A stretch of DNA of 64,000 bases from an uncultured Alphaproteobacteria bacterium (GCA_944391405.1 CALXTN010000004.1:11293-75292), one strand, 5' to 3'; shown: positions 8,836-19,417, counted from the stretch's first letter. Numbers and translations are program-made. The notes: a model not told the origin generated them from the sequence alone.

Positions 8836-11800
8836 CTAGAATAGTTCAATATCTCCAGAAATATCTTCTTCTTCATCTGGCATTTCAGTTAGGGTTCCAT
8901 CTGCTGCTGGAGGAGGAATAGCTCCTATATTTTTTCTAGGTTGTGACTGATTATTTTGGTTGTTGTTCTCTTCAATTAATGGAGTTCCACCACTATTGTT
9001 TGAGTTATTGTTTTGTGATTGATTACCTAGAATAACTTTTTGACTACTTTGATTATTATTTCTATCTCCGGAAGATGTTGTTCCTCCTTGGCCTTCATAA
9101 TAAACTTCATTTACTAATTGTCCATCTGCGCTGTTTGGTATTCCGCTTATTATTCCTTTTTCAATGTCTTTTGTTGTTCTTAGCCATAAATCGCGCATAG
9201 GATAAATTATTACTCTTGTCCCTGCTGGAACATATGTTACAGGTTCTATTTGAGATTTGCTATCAATAATTTCTTGTAAAATCTGATCCATTTTCTCCAT
9301 AAATTGCTGACGCGCATCTGATGCTGCTTGTTGCTTAGAATTTTCTACTTCCCCAGTACTATCTTCATCGGCAGCCATCATATATGTTATTGCAGAGGTT
9401 ACCATTGTACCAACTATAGGTAATGTATACTTTTTAACTAATTGCTCATCAACATAACCTAGAGCGCCACCGCCTCGTCCTTGTGCATCACCTGTTTGTG
9501 TTCTACTTGGTGACAGTAAAAAGGCTATTCCGTCAGGACGAATAATTCTCTCCCATGATATTTCTAATTTAATTCCACCGCTTGTATTATCAAACCTTGC
9601 ATCGGCTTCTGTTGTTTGCAAACCGCCTATGATTCTGCTTCCTGCTGGAATTATAACATTTCGTCCTGAATCTCCGTAAATATTTCTCTCTACAATCGCC
9701 GTTACTGGGGCTGAACCTAAGGATATTAACGAGCGTGCGAGAACTGCTGGAATTGGTTTGTCTCCTGTAATCATATTATCCATATTTACTCTTAATGTCG
9801 AGACAGAACGATTTATCCCCCAGTCATCTTGCCAACCGGTATATGAAGCAGCATCGTATCCTGGATTTATTTTAGCAGCAACCATCGTTCTTCTTCTTTC
9901 ATCTTGAAGTTGGGATAATATTGCAGCCCTTCTTGGATTGTATCTTCCTCCTGGACCAACGCCTCCTCCAGGACCAACGTTTGTAATTTCATTGCCACTA
10001 CTATATGGATTTATAGTTGCTCCTGATGCTATTTGTTTCCACCAATTAGCATTTATTCCTTTACTATTTTTAGCTTCTTGTTGTTTTTCAAAGTTACCAA
10101 CTTTGTTTCCTTCTTTATCATATATTTCACCATTTTCATTTGCGCTTCCTATAACAGTTCCCGCATCATCTATAACTTTATTATTGCTATAGACATCGCC
10201 AATATATCTTCCGCCTGGAGTTACAGCTATTCCAACAATTTGGTAATCTTCTTTGGTTGCTTGCGCTTCTTGCTCTTCAGGACTTAAATTTGCTTCTTCT
10301 GGCTCTTTGTTAGGTTTATTTTTTTCATTTTCAGGTTCTGATTTATTTTCTTTTTCATCTTTAGTTTTTTCTGTTTCATTTGTTTCAGGAGTTTTTTCTA
10401 CACTGATTATTTCTTTAGGTTCTATGGGACGATGATAATATTGCAATTTCCATGCTTGTCCAAGTATCTCTCCTGTTGGCGATATAACTTTTCCCTCTTC
10501 ATTTATTTTCCCTATTTCAATATTTTTTGTATTGACTACGCTCCCATCCAAATTGAGATAACCAATTATCTGATTATTGTTATCTCTTATTTCATAATCT
10601 CTTAATCCTCTTCCTATTAAATTTTGTTTTTTATCTAATGCAAAACCTTGATATATTGAACCTTTTATTTCTCCCATTATACTATATACTCGACCATTTT
10701 TTGCAATATATCCTATTGTTTTTCCATCATTATTGTAAATATACAAATCATAAAGAGCATACCCACTCCCTCCTTTTTTAGTTTTTACTTCGCCGGTATA
10801 TAATACTGTTCCTAGATTTTCTCCTGTATCTGATACAACACTACCATCTGATTTTACTCTTCCCAAATATATGTTGTTTGAATCAAATGCTACTGTATAT
10901 TGAAATGGAACGCCAATATTCTTTCCTTCTTTTGATAAAACACTTCCATCAATGTCTATTGTAGCGATTTGCACCCCTGAATTATCTATTACATTTCCAT
11001 AAAAATTTGTATAGCCAAGAATTTTATTATCAAATCCCATGATAGACATATAAGGAATAATCTGTCCTATTATTTCCTTTTGTGCGTTTCGTACTTTTCC
11101 ATTAATATCAACACATCCTAAATTCTGATTAGAGTAGTTTAGAACATTTCCTGAGGTATTACTAACACCTACTACATCTCCACCTTTTCCATTTATTGGA
11201 CGAGATTGTGTTACATATCCAATCACTTCCTCTGTTTCATTTATAACTTGTTTATTAGGTAATATCATTCCCAAATATGCATCTTTTGATGTTCGAGCTT
11301 CACCATTATCTGATACAACACCTATAGTCTTACATTCTGTAGATATTACTGATCCCATTTCTAAAGTTTTTCCATATAAAGCTCCCATATTGTCTAAAAC
11401 ATAACCATTTGAGCTTATCTTCCCAATTATTTCCCCGCCTTTGATTACTTCTCCAGTTAGACTATTTGTTCCGAGGTAATCACCATTAATACTTACACTT
11501 AATAAAGAATTACTTGCTCGTCCAAAATTTTGGGAATAGCGTTCTGATATACCAACAACATTGTTATCTGGCAAAATTTTTGCAAAAATTTTATTTTGTG
11601 AATTTACAACTAAATTACCACTGTTTGCAACACCTAGCATTTCTCCTTCAAAATTTGTAATAAACTTGCTTTCAATCATTTTTCCCAATAATTTATTATT
11701 TTTATCTAGAAAAATTCCTGCTCCAGTAAATTTAGCTATCTCGTTCAGAGATTGATTTTCTGTTTGTCCATTATTTGAAGTATAAGATAATGTTGTTCCA

Positions 11801-13134
11801 TCTTCTGTATAAATACCTCCTTGTTTAATATTTATACCACTTATATCTCCTTTTTCATCAAAAATATATCCATAGGGCGATATTTTATACACGAGACCAT
11901 TTGCTCTTAAATTTGTTCCTATTCCATTTATTCCTAAAAATTCATTATTGTTATTAAAACATAGATTATCACCTAAAGTTTTTCCTATTACTCTACCATT
12001 GTTGTCAATAGCCTCACCTTGTCGTATTGTTCCTAGATCTACCCCTTCTAAAGATACTACTTTTCCTCCGACTGCTGCATTTGCTCGCAATTTTCCTAAG
12101 TAATCATATACAGGTCCTTCTGGATTTACTATGCCTATGACCTCCCCCTTTTCATCAATCACTTTTCCAGAAGCTCCAATTGTTCCAATTACATTACGTT
12201 TATTTAAAACTTTCCCTTCTGCTGTAACTCTTCCTAAATATTTTCCATCTAGCGTATTTATTGTTGCTGCCATATTTACAGTAAAACCTATCGTATTTCC
12301 TTCTTTATTTATTACTCTATTGCCGTTTACTGCATGAGCAACAACTGTTCCTTTATTTACGACTTCCCCATTATAACTGACGACACCTATATATTGACCA
12401 TTATTATTAAAGGCATAACCATTATTAACTATATGACCAATTGCTTGTCCATCTTTGTTATAAACGAACCCATTTGCATGGATGTTTCCTATAATATTCT
12501 TTTTTGCATCCATTACTTTTCCGTCTGGTGCTATACTTCCTAAATATTTTCCAGCCGTTGATATCACTATTTTTGATGTAATTAATTTTCCTATTAAATT
12601 AATTTTATTTTCTGTTCCTGTATAAGAATATACATAACCACTTGCTGTTACATAACCTGTATTTTCTCCAGATAGATTATAAAATTTTCCATCTCCAGAT
12701 ACTCTTCCAACTACTTGTCCATCATCATTGTATACTAAATTTGGAGATATTGAGGCTCCTAAAATATCGTAATTATCATTTACAATTAAACCATTGGGAA
12801 GAACTTTTCCTATTAACCTATCATTTATTGATGTAACTGAGCCATCATTATTAATTTTGCCAAGTATACTATTATTATATGATATTGCAATTCCCTGTGG
12901 AACCACTCCTCCTATTAAATTATTTTCATTATCATAGGCAAACCCATCTGCTGTTATATACCCAACTAATTCATTATCACTATTTATTACAGAACCATCA
13001 GGTATTACTTTCCCTATTAAATCTCCATTAAAATTAAGTGCACTAATATCTGCTGCCATTGTCTTCATACTTATAACAATACAGAAAAATGTTAGTCCTA
13101 ATATTTTACTTAACTTTATTGTGAATTTATGCAA
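8836..13134 (-). CDS. virB10: VirB10/TrbI-family core protein with ~18 N-terminal ~51-aa beta-hairpin repeats
   Basis: C-terminal region KPIPAVLARSL...AIVERNIYGDSGRNVIIPAGSRIIG...WERIIRPDG...GDAQGRGGGALGYVD...YVPAGTRVIIYPMRDL is VirB10-like; sits between virB9 and virB11. Likely start is TTG 13134 (GGAGGA RBS 6 nt upstream) rather than 13164. Confidence 0.9.
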   Translation of the reverse strand: MHKFTIKLSKILGLTFFCIVISMKTMAADISALNFNGDLIGKVIPDGSVINSDNELVGYITADGFAYDNENNLIGGVVPQGIAISYNNSILGKINNDGSVTSINDRLIGKVLPNGLIVNDNYDILGASISPNLVYNDDGQVVGRVSGDGKFYNLSGENTGYVTASGYVYSYTGTENKINLIGKLITSKIVISTAGKYLGSIAPDGKVMDAKKNIIGNIHANGFVYNKDGQAIGHIVNNGYAFNNNGQYIGVVSYNGEVVNKGTVVAHAVNGNRVINKEGNTIGFTVNMAATINTLDGKYLGRVTAEGKVLNKRNVIGTIGASGKVIDEKGEVIGIVNPEGPVYDYLGKLRANAAVGGKVVSLEGVDLGTIRQGEAIDNNGRVIGKTLGDNLCFNNNNEFLGINGIGTNLRANGLVYKISPYGYIFDEKGDISGINIKQGGIYTEDGTTLSYTSNNGQTENQSLNEIAKFTGAGIFLDKNNKLLGKMIESKFITNFEGEMLGVANSGNLVVNSQNKIFAKILPDNNVVGISERYSQNFGRASNSLLSVSINGDYLGTNSLTGEVIKGGEIIGKISSNGYVLDNMGALYGKTLEMGSVISTECKTIGVVSDNGEARTSKDAYLGMILPNKQVINETEEVIGYVTQSRPINGKGGDVVGVSNTSGNVLNYSNQNLGCVDINGKVRNAQKEIIGQIIPYMSIMGFDNKILGYTNFYGNVIDNSGVQIATIDIDGSVLSKEGKNIGVPFQYTVAFDSNNIYLGRVKSDGSVVSDTGENLGTVLYTGEVKTKKGGSGYALYDLYIYNNDGKTIGYIAKNGRVYSIMGEIKGSIYQGFALDKKQNLIGRGLRDYEIRDNNNQIIGYLNLDGSVVNTKNIEIGKINEEGKVISPTGEILGQAWKLQYYHRPIEPKEIISVEKTPETNETEKTKDEKENKSEPENEKNKPNKEPEEANLSPEEQEAQATKEDYQIVGIAVTPGGRYIGDVYSNNKVIDDAGTVIGSANENGEIYDKEGNKVGNFEKQQEAKNSKGINANWWKQIASGATINPYSSGNEITNVGPGGGVGPGGRYNPRRAAILSQLQDERRRTMVAAKINPGYDAASYTGWQDDWGINRSVSTLRVNMDNMITGDKPIPAVLARSLISLGSAPVTAIVERNIYGDSGRNVIIPAGSRIIGGLQTTEADARFDNTSGGIKLEISWERIIRPDGIAFLLSPSRTQTGDAQGRGGGALGYVDEQLVKKYTLPIVGTMVTSAITYMMAADEDSTGEVENSKQQAASDARQQFMEKMDQILQEIIDSKSQIEPVTYVPAGTRVIIYPMRDLWLRTTKDIEKGIISGIPNSADGQLVNEVYYEGQGGTTSSGDRNNNQSSQKVILGNQSQNNNSNNSGGTPLIEENNNQNNQSQPRKNIGAIPPPAADGTLTEMPDEEEDISGDIELF

Positions 13135-13135
13135 A

Positions 13136-16100
13136 TTAGTTCCTCCGGTTTTGCGCAACTTCATCTAATATATATCCGGAAACTTGGCCTCGTATATTTA
13201 TGTACGCACCATTGCTTTTTAAATATCCGATCTGCCCATTTGTTAGACTGTATATTACTCCGCTTGGAGATAGTCTACCCAAAAACTTTCCGTCATTGCT
13301 TAATATATTAGCACCTATTTTATAACTGTGTCCCAATATTTTTCCATTGTTATCTACAACTAAATTTGATGATATAATTCTTCCAATAACCATTCCTTCT
13401 TTATTTAAAACCTTACCTTCTGTATTTACGATACCTACAACTTGGTCTTCCTCGTTAATCACAATATCGTCATCTATGATTTCCCCTATTAAATATCCTT
13501 TTTTATCAATAGCTTGTCCTGAATTTAAGATTTTACCTATTTTAGTATTTTCTGTGGATATTATGTTCCCATCTGCCGCAACTTGACCTATTATTTTTCC
13601 AGAATAATTAAGAACAACACCTCTTTTTATTACATTATAATTTTTATTTGATATTCCTCCTGGAAGAATTGTCGCTATTATTTTATCTTCTTCATCAATA
13701 ATATCGCCTAAGGTATTCAGGTATCCGCGTATTTTTCCTTGCATATCTATTATGAAGTCTTCTTTTATTACCTCTCCTATTATTTGTTTATTTTCATCTA
13801 GAATATGACCTTCTGATCCAACATTACCACTTATATTTCCATCTACATCTATAACTTTACCACTTTTGCTAACGTATCCTAAATATGCTCCATCGTATCC
13901 AATACCTACTCCTGTTTTAACTAAGCCTCCTTTATATTCTCCTTGTTCATCAAACATTCTTCCTTTACCATCTATATGTCCCAATTCTGTACCAAGAACA
14001 TCTATTACTTTCCCCGAATCATTTACTATTCCTATATAATTTCCGTTAAAATCAACTACAGTGCCTTTGCTTATTATTTTCCCGGCTTTTTTCGAATAGA
14101 AAGAACTTCCATCATATACAAATTTATCTATAGCTATTCCTCTTTGATTATAGATATATCCGTCTGCAAAGAGATGACCAATTGTATTTCCATTTGCATC
14201 TACTACAACATTTTTTTCTGGTAATAGCACTCCTTGTACTTCTAATTTTGGATTTACTAAATATTTAGTAAATAATATCTTTGTATTAGGAATTATATCT
14301 TTGCTTTCATATTTAAAAATTGATAAATTATTTATAAAATCACCATTTATGCCAAACGCCTGTGTTTTATCCATAACTTGTCCAATAATAAAGCCATCTT
14401 TATTTAATATCTCGCCATCAAAATTTGCACAGCCAACCGCTTGGGAGCCATTTTTCACTGTACCATCCTGATTGATAGGGCCCATCATTTCTCCACTATA
14501 ATACAAAGCATAACTAGGTTCAAAAACTTTTCCTATTAATTTTCCATCTTGATTTAAAACTCCCCCGTCTGGATTTACACATCCAACATATCCCCCTTCA
14601 TTGTTTCGAACAAAACCATCATATCCGGCATTGCCTATAATATTACATTTTTCATCTCTGACTGCTCCTACCTTTGCTATGTCGCCTACGTAATTTCCTT
14701 CTTTATCAATTATAGAGCGATCAAATAACATTCGGTATTCGGTTTCTTTTCCATCTTTTTTTACTTTTGCATCTCTATCTACATAACCTAAATGTCTGCA
14801 TCCCCATCCTACAGCCATTCCTCCAATGACTGTTTTTCCAATTATTTTATCCCCTTCTTTTGATTTTATTAATGAATTTGGTAGTATCTGCCCAATTACT
14901 TCCTCTTTACTATTAATCACTTCACCTTTATTGTTGATTATTCCTAAACTGTATCCCATGGGGGAAATTGCTATCATATCTTTTTTTACAACAATTCCTA
15001 TTCTTACCCCTCGTGAACTAATTACATTACCATTTTCATCTATATATCCAATTACTATTCCCCTTCCGTCATAAACTTTTCCATCCTCGTCTATATAGCC
15101 TATAACGTTACCATTTTCGTCTATAGCCAGATTTGAGTAATCTCCTACCTGACCGACAATCTTACCATTTTCATCTATTGTAAAATCAACGTTTCCACCG
15201 ACTCTGCCAATGATATTTCCTTTTTCATCTTTTATACTACCATCTTCTTGAACTGTCCCTATTATATTGCCATTTAAATCCCTTGCTATTCCATTTTCAT
15301 CTATATATCCAATAACATTTCCTGCTTCATCTAGTATAGATTTTCGAGAAACTATTTTTAGGTTTCCATCTCCCTTTTCAGCTAATCTTCCAATATTTTC
15401 TCCGTTTACACCGTAAACATTTCCATCTTCGCCCACAACACCGATAACTTTACCATCTTTTCCTATAACTCTTCCTTGGTCATCAACGTAACCTATAATA
15501 TTACCATTTTCGTCTAGTACTACTTTTGCAAGTTCACCTGCTCTACCTATAATATTTCCGTTTATATCATTTATACTACCATCTTCACCTAAATATCCAA
15601 GCAGATTTCCTTCAAAATCACGCACTGTTCCATCTTCGTCTATATAACCGATAACATTCCCATTATTATCATATGCAAGTCGGCGATTTATATCAGCTTT
15701 GCCCAGAACTTCATCCGTTACACCAATGATATTTCCATCTTCATCAACAAAGCCTATCAGTTTACCATTTTCTCCATATACTTTTCCATCATCACCAACA
15801 TAGCCAATTACATTACCATTTTCATCTACAGCTAAAGTTTTTGTCTCACCTACCTTACCTATTTCTCGGCCATATGCGTCTATTATTCTTCCATCTTTGG
15901 TTGCTTTTCCTATTAAATTACCTTTAAAATCATATACATTTCCATCTTTATCAACGTATCCCATAACCTTTCCATTTTTGTCATAGGCCAAAGCTCCCTT
16001 TTTATCGACTTGTCCGATAATTTCTCCAGTATTTTTTAAAATGTTTCCATTTTCATCAACATAACCTAGAATATTTCCTTTGAAATCTTTAACTGTGCCG

Positions 16101-19100
16101 TCTTTGTCTACAAAACCTATAACCTTTCCATCTTTGTCATAAGCTAAATTTTTTGCACTGCCTACTTTTCCAATAATATTTCCATTTTTGTCTACTACAT
16201 TTCCTTTTTCATCTATTTTGCCAACAATATTGCCTTTCTCATCAATGACATTACCATTTTCATCAACATAACCTAGAATATTTCCGTCTTTATCATATGC
16301 AAGTCTTACACTTTTGCATGCGGTGCATATTACTTCGCCTGCGGCTTTTACTTCCTTATTTGTTGTTACATAGCCTATTAGTTTATTATCTTTGTTAAAT
16401 GCAAAATTATTTTCTTTCATATAGCCAATAATATTATTTCCGCTGTCTTTTATTGTTTTATTGTCTGCATCTAATTTTCCTATTATATTTTCTTTTGTTC
16501 TTAAAACATCACCTTTGATATCAACAATTCCTATTATTTCATCATCATTACCTCTTACATAATTTTGTGCATCTATATATCCAATAACATTACCTTCTGC
16601 TATTTGAGCAACGTTTAAGACTTCTCCTTTTAAACCTAGTAGCAGTCCTTTGTTATCAACTACATCTTCTCCTTTATTTGTTCCTATTATTTTATTCTTA
16701 AAATCTTTTACTACGTTATTTTTATCTAAATAACCAATAATCTTTCCTTTTTTATTTTTTATAATTCTTTTTCTTACACAGGTTCTCCCTATTACTGTAT
16801 TTCCTGCCTTTATTACATTTCCATTTTTATCAAGAAAACCTACTAAATTTCCATTTTCGTCAACAACTCTTCCGTTTTCATTCACGTACCCAATGATATT
16901 GCCATTTTTATCCGTAGCAACTTGTTTATATTCTCCAGCTTTACCAATTACACGACCTTTTTTATCCAGAATACTACCATCCTCAGCCATTCTTCCTATT
17001 AGATTACCTTTAAAATCTTTTACCGTTCCATCTGGAGTGATATATCCAATAACTTTGCCATTCTTGTCATAAGCTAACCTTTTGAAGTTTCCGGCAACTC
17101 CAAGCTTCTCTCCACTTGATGCAATTATATTACCATTTTTATCGACAATTCCAATGATTTTACCATCACAATTTATTACTCTCTTTTGGGCATCAATGTA
17201 ACCTATAAATATACCCTGATTATTAAACGCTAATTCTTTTATTCCGCCTGCTTTTCCTATTATTTTTCCATTTTTATCTACTATATTTCCAGAGGCATCC
17301 TTCTTACCAAGAACGCTTCCTCCGCAGCCTTTAGCCGTACCGTCTGTATCAACATAACCTATAAATTTTCCATTTTTATCATACACTATTTCTCTTGATG
17401 TTCCGGCTTTTCCTATTATTTTTCCATTTGTACCTATTACGTTACCTTTTTCGTCTACATATCCAACAAGAGCTCCATTTTTCCCTATTACGCGCCCTTT
17501 GTCATCAACAACACCTATTACATTGCCTTTTTTATCAAAAGCTACTGTTGCATAATTTCCAGCTTTTCCTATTATCTTTCCATTTTTATCTACTATATTT
17601 CCATTTTTATCTACTTTTCCGATAATATTACCGGCAAAGTCTATCACATTTCCATCATCATCGATATAACCTATCGGTTTACCATCTTTTCCTAGAGCTA
17701 TTCTTTTTTTATTACCACTTGTATCTGCCTGATTTATACCTATAATGTTTCCATTTTTATCTACATTACCGATATGTTTACCATTATGATCAAAAACTCG
17801 GCCTTGTTCATCAACGTATCCTATAACTTTTCCATCTTTGTCTAGCGCTAGTTTGGCATAATTTCCAGCTCTTCCTATTATATTTCCATTTTTATCTACT
17901 ATATTTCCGTTTTTATCTACTTTTCCGATAATATTGCCCTTAAAATCTTTTACTGTTCCATCTTTATCAACATAACCGATAATGTTCCCATCTTTATCAT
18001 AGGCTAATCTTCGGCTTGCTCCCACTTTACCTATTATGTCTGCTTTTTTGTTGTCTTTATCAAATTTTACAACTTTCCCATTTTCATCAATATAACCTAT
18101 TGCTTTTCCATCTTTGTCATAAACAATTTTACGACTATCTCCATTCGTACCTATTTTTTCTTTTGCAACTTTATAAACATTACCATTTTCATCCACATAA
18201 CCAACAATATTGCCGTCTTGATCAACAACACTATTGTCTGGCATTACCACACCTAGCACATTACCATTTTCATCAACCACAATGTTTCCTGATGATGTTA
18301 CTTTACCAATAACATTACCATTTTCATCAACAACTTCTCCCTTTTCATTAAGGCGACCTATAATTTTTTTAGGATCATTAATATCAACTACGGTTCCATC
18401 GGGTAGAACTCGTCCGATAATTTTACCATTTTTATCATACACAAATCCTGCTTCTACAGCTTTTCCTATAACCTCACCCTTACTGTTTACAATAGTACCA
18501 TCGGGAAGAGCCTTTCCAATTACCTCTCCTTGTAAATCTACAACAGTTCCATCGGTTTTTACATAACCGATAATGTTCCCATCTTTGTCATATGCTAATT
18601 TCATATTTTGGGCTACACCTATTATATTACCATCAGCATCAACGATAAGACCATCTTCATTTACTTTACCGATAATATTCCCATCTTTGTCATGAACATT
18701 ACCTGCTTCATCAATGTATCCTATAATTTCACCATTTGGCCCTATCGCAAGACGATGTGCACCTATACCACTCCCTTCTCCTATTACACATCCTTCTCCC
18801 GTACCACAATTTTGCTGATTGTCTTCAGGATATACAGCACTTCCTCTTATACTTACTTCTTCCGATTTTGCGCTCGATTTATCTAAACGCGTCTCATACC
18901 ATATTACTTTGAAATTATTTTGAACATTTCCTGGTAAATGCGGAATCCAAGTTATTAATACGTTACAAGTTTCATCTCCACGTAAATCTCTGTTTCTGCA
19001 TTTGTCCCTATACTCAAATCCATCTTCTGTTTCTTCGACAAGCTCTACTCTTTCAATATGAATACTTTCACTACCATCGGTTCCTATAGTTAAGACACTT

Positions 19101-19417
19101 TGATTTTGGGTATCTACTCCTAAAACAAATTTATTCATATTTATTTGTGCTGGCGTAATTTTGATCGGTTTGCTTTTATCTTTATCTGAAGCGGCTTCTG
19201 TATCAATAAATATTGGGCCTTCATCTGCATTTATTTCTGGGAGAATATTTTGATTTTCTACAAAATTTGGAACAGCTTCTTCTGGATTGTAAACTTCAGT
19301 CTCTGAAGAAATCATCAGTAATCCAATTAGAAAAAAGCAAAATGCGATAATTCCTATTGCGAAAATTATCTTTCGAGTTTTTCTTTCATATTCTTCAAAC
19401 CGAGTATTCTCGTTCAT
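13136..19417 (-). CDS. 2093-aa membrane-anchored repeat protein: N-terminal TM, Ig-like (ASH/choice-of-anchor-D-like) domain, ~35 tandem ~51-aa beta-hairpin repeats
   Basis: Basic N-tail plus one hydrophobic helix (IIFAIGIIAFCFFLIGLLMI); C..L...ETC.VLITW.P..PG pattern; repeats such as LAYDKDGNIIGYVDKDGTVKDFKGNIIGKVDKNGNIVDKNGNIIGRAG; overlaps the virB9 stop by 4 nt. Confidence 0.85.
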   Translation of the reverse strand: MNENTRFEEYERKTRKIIFAIGIIAFCFFLIGLLMISSETEVYNPEEAVPNFVENQNILPEINADEGPIFIDTEAASDKDKSKPIKITPAQINMNKFVLGVDTQNQSVLTIGTDGSESIHIERVELVEETEDGFEYRDKCRNRDLRGDETCNVLITWIPHLPGNVQNNFKVIWYETRLDKSSAKSEEVSIRGSAVYPEDNQQNCGTGEGCVIGEGSGIGAHRLAIGPNGEIIGYIDEAGNVHDKDGNIIGKVNEDGLIVDADGNIIGVAQNMKLAYDKDGNIIGYVKTDGTVVDLQGEVIGKALPDGTIVNSKGEVIGKAVEAGFVYDKNGKIIGRVLPDGTVVDINDPKKIIGRLNEKGEVVDENGNVIGKVTSSGNIVVDENGNVLGVVMPDNSVVDQDGNIVGYVDENGNVYKVAKEKIGTNGDSRKIVYDKDGKAIGYIDENGKVVKFDKDNKKADIIGKVGASRRLAYDKDGNIIGYVDKDGTVKDFKGNIIGKVDKNGNIVDKNGNIIGRAGNYAKLALDKDGKVIGYVDEQGRVFDHNGKHIGNVDKNGNIIGINQADTSGNKKRIALGKDGKPIGYIDDDGNVIDFAGNIIGKVDKNGNIVDKNGKIIGKAGNYATVAFDKKGNVIGVVDDKGRVIGKNGALVGYVDEKGNVIGTNGKIIGKAGTSREIVYDKNGKFIGYVDTDGTAKGCGGSVLGKKDASGNIVDKNGKIIGKAGGIKELAFNNQGIFIGYIDAQKRVINCDGKIIGIVDKNGNIIASSGEKLGVAGNFKRLAYDKNGKVIGYITPDGTVKDFKGNLIGRMAEDGSILDKKGRVIGKAGEYKQVATDKNGNIIGYVNENGRVVDENGNLVGFLDKNGNVIKAGNTVIGRTCVRKRIIKNKKGKIIGYLDKNNVVKDFKNKIIGTNKGEDVVDNKGLLLGLKGEVLNVAQIAEGNVIGYIDAQNYVRGNDDEIIGIVDIKGDVLRTKENIIGKLDADNKTIKDSGNNIIGYMKENNFAFNKDNKLIGYVTTNKEVKAAGEVICTACKSVRLAYDKDGNILGYVDENGNVIDEKGNIVGKIDEKGNVVDKNGNIIGKVGSAKNLAYDKDGKVIGFVDKDGTVKDFKGNILGYVDENGNILKNTGEIIGQVDKKGALAYDKNGKVMGYVDKDGNVYDFKGNLIGKATKDGRIIDAYGREIGKVGETKTLAVDENGNVIGYVGDDGKVYGENGKLIGFVDEDGNIIGVTDEVLGKADINRRLAYDNNGNVIGYIDEDGTVRDFEGNLLGYLGEDGSINDINGNIIGRAGELAKVVLDENGNIIGYVDDQGRVIGKDGKVIGVVGEDGNVYGVNGENIGRLAEKGDGNLKIVSRKSILDEAGNVIGYIDENGIARDLNGNIIGTVQEDGSIKDEKGNIIGRVGGNVDFTIDENGKIVGQVGDYSNLAIDENGNVIGYIDEDGKVYDGRGIVIGYIDENGNVISSRGVRIGIVVKKDMIAISPMGYSLGIINNKGEVINSKEEVIGQILPNSLIKSKEGDKIIGKTVIGGMAVGWGCRHLGYVDRDAKVKKDGKETEYRMLFDRSIIDKEGNYVGDIAKVGAVRDEKCNIIGNAGYDGFVRNNEGGYVGCVNPDGGVLNQDGKLIGKVFEPSYALYYSGEMMGPINQDGTVKNGSQAVGCANFDGEILNKDGFIIGQVMDKTQAFGINGDFINNLSIFKYESKDIIPNTKILFTKYLVNPKLEVQGVLLPEKNVVVDANGNTIGHLFADGYIYNQRGIAIDKFVYDGSSFYSKKAGKIISKGTVVDFNGNYIGIVNDSGKVIDVLGTELGHIDGKGRMFDEQGEYKGGLVKTGVGIGYDGAYLGYVSKSGKVIDVDGNISGNVGSEGHILDENKQIIGEVIKEDFIIDMQGKIRGYLNTLGDIIDEEDKIIATILPGGISNKNYNVIKRGVVLNYSGKIIGQVAADGNIISTENTKIGKILNSGQAIDKKGYLIGEIIDDDIVINEEDQVVGIVNTEGKVLNKEGMVIGRIISSNLVVDNNGKILGHSYKIGANILSNDGKFLGRLSPSGVIYSLTNGQIGYLKSNGAYINIRGQVSGYILDEVAQNRRN
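16047..16285. repeat. 32-bp exact direct repeat within the giant repeat gene (16047-16078 and 16254-16285)
   Basis: ccattttcatcaacataacctagaatatttcc occurs twice, 207 bp apart (in frame). Confidence 0.9.
17550..17935. repeat. 80-bp near-identical direct repeat (17550-17629 and 17856-17935), 306-bp period
   Basis: 3 mismatches in 80 nt by manual alignment; partial third copy near 17251-17290; a further 26-bp exact repeat at 17970-17995 / 18561-18586. Confidence 0.88.

Noticed and set aside
13129-13164. Possible frameshifted single gene fusing the 2093-aa giant and VirB10
   Set aside because: The overlap frame is open for only 10 codons (TAG immediately upstream of ATG 13164), VirB10 has its own GGAGGA RBS plus TTG and its own N-terminal hydrophobic signal, and no slippery site is evident. 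Treated as two genes.
13136-19417. Repeat array as CRISPR, DGR or shufflon
   Set aside because: Repeats are in-frame, degenerate coding units with no repeat-spacer structure; no cas, reverse transcriptase or Rci/sfx inverted repeats in the window.
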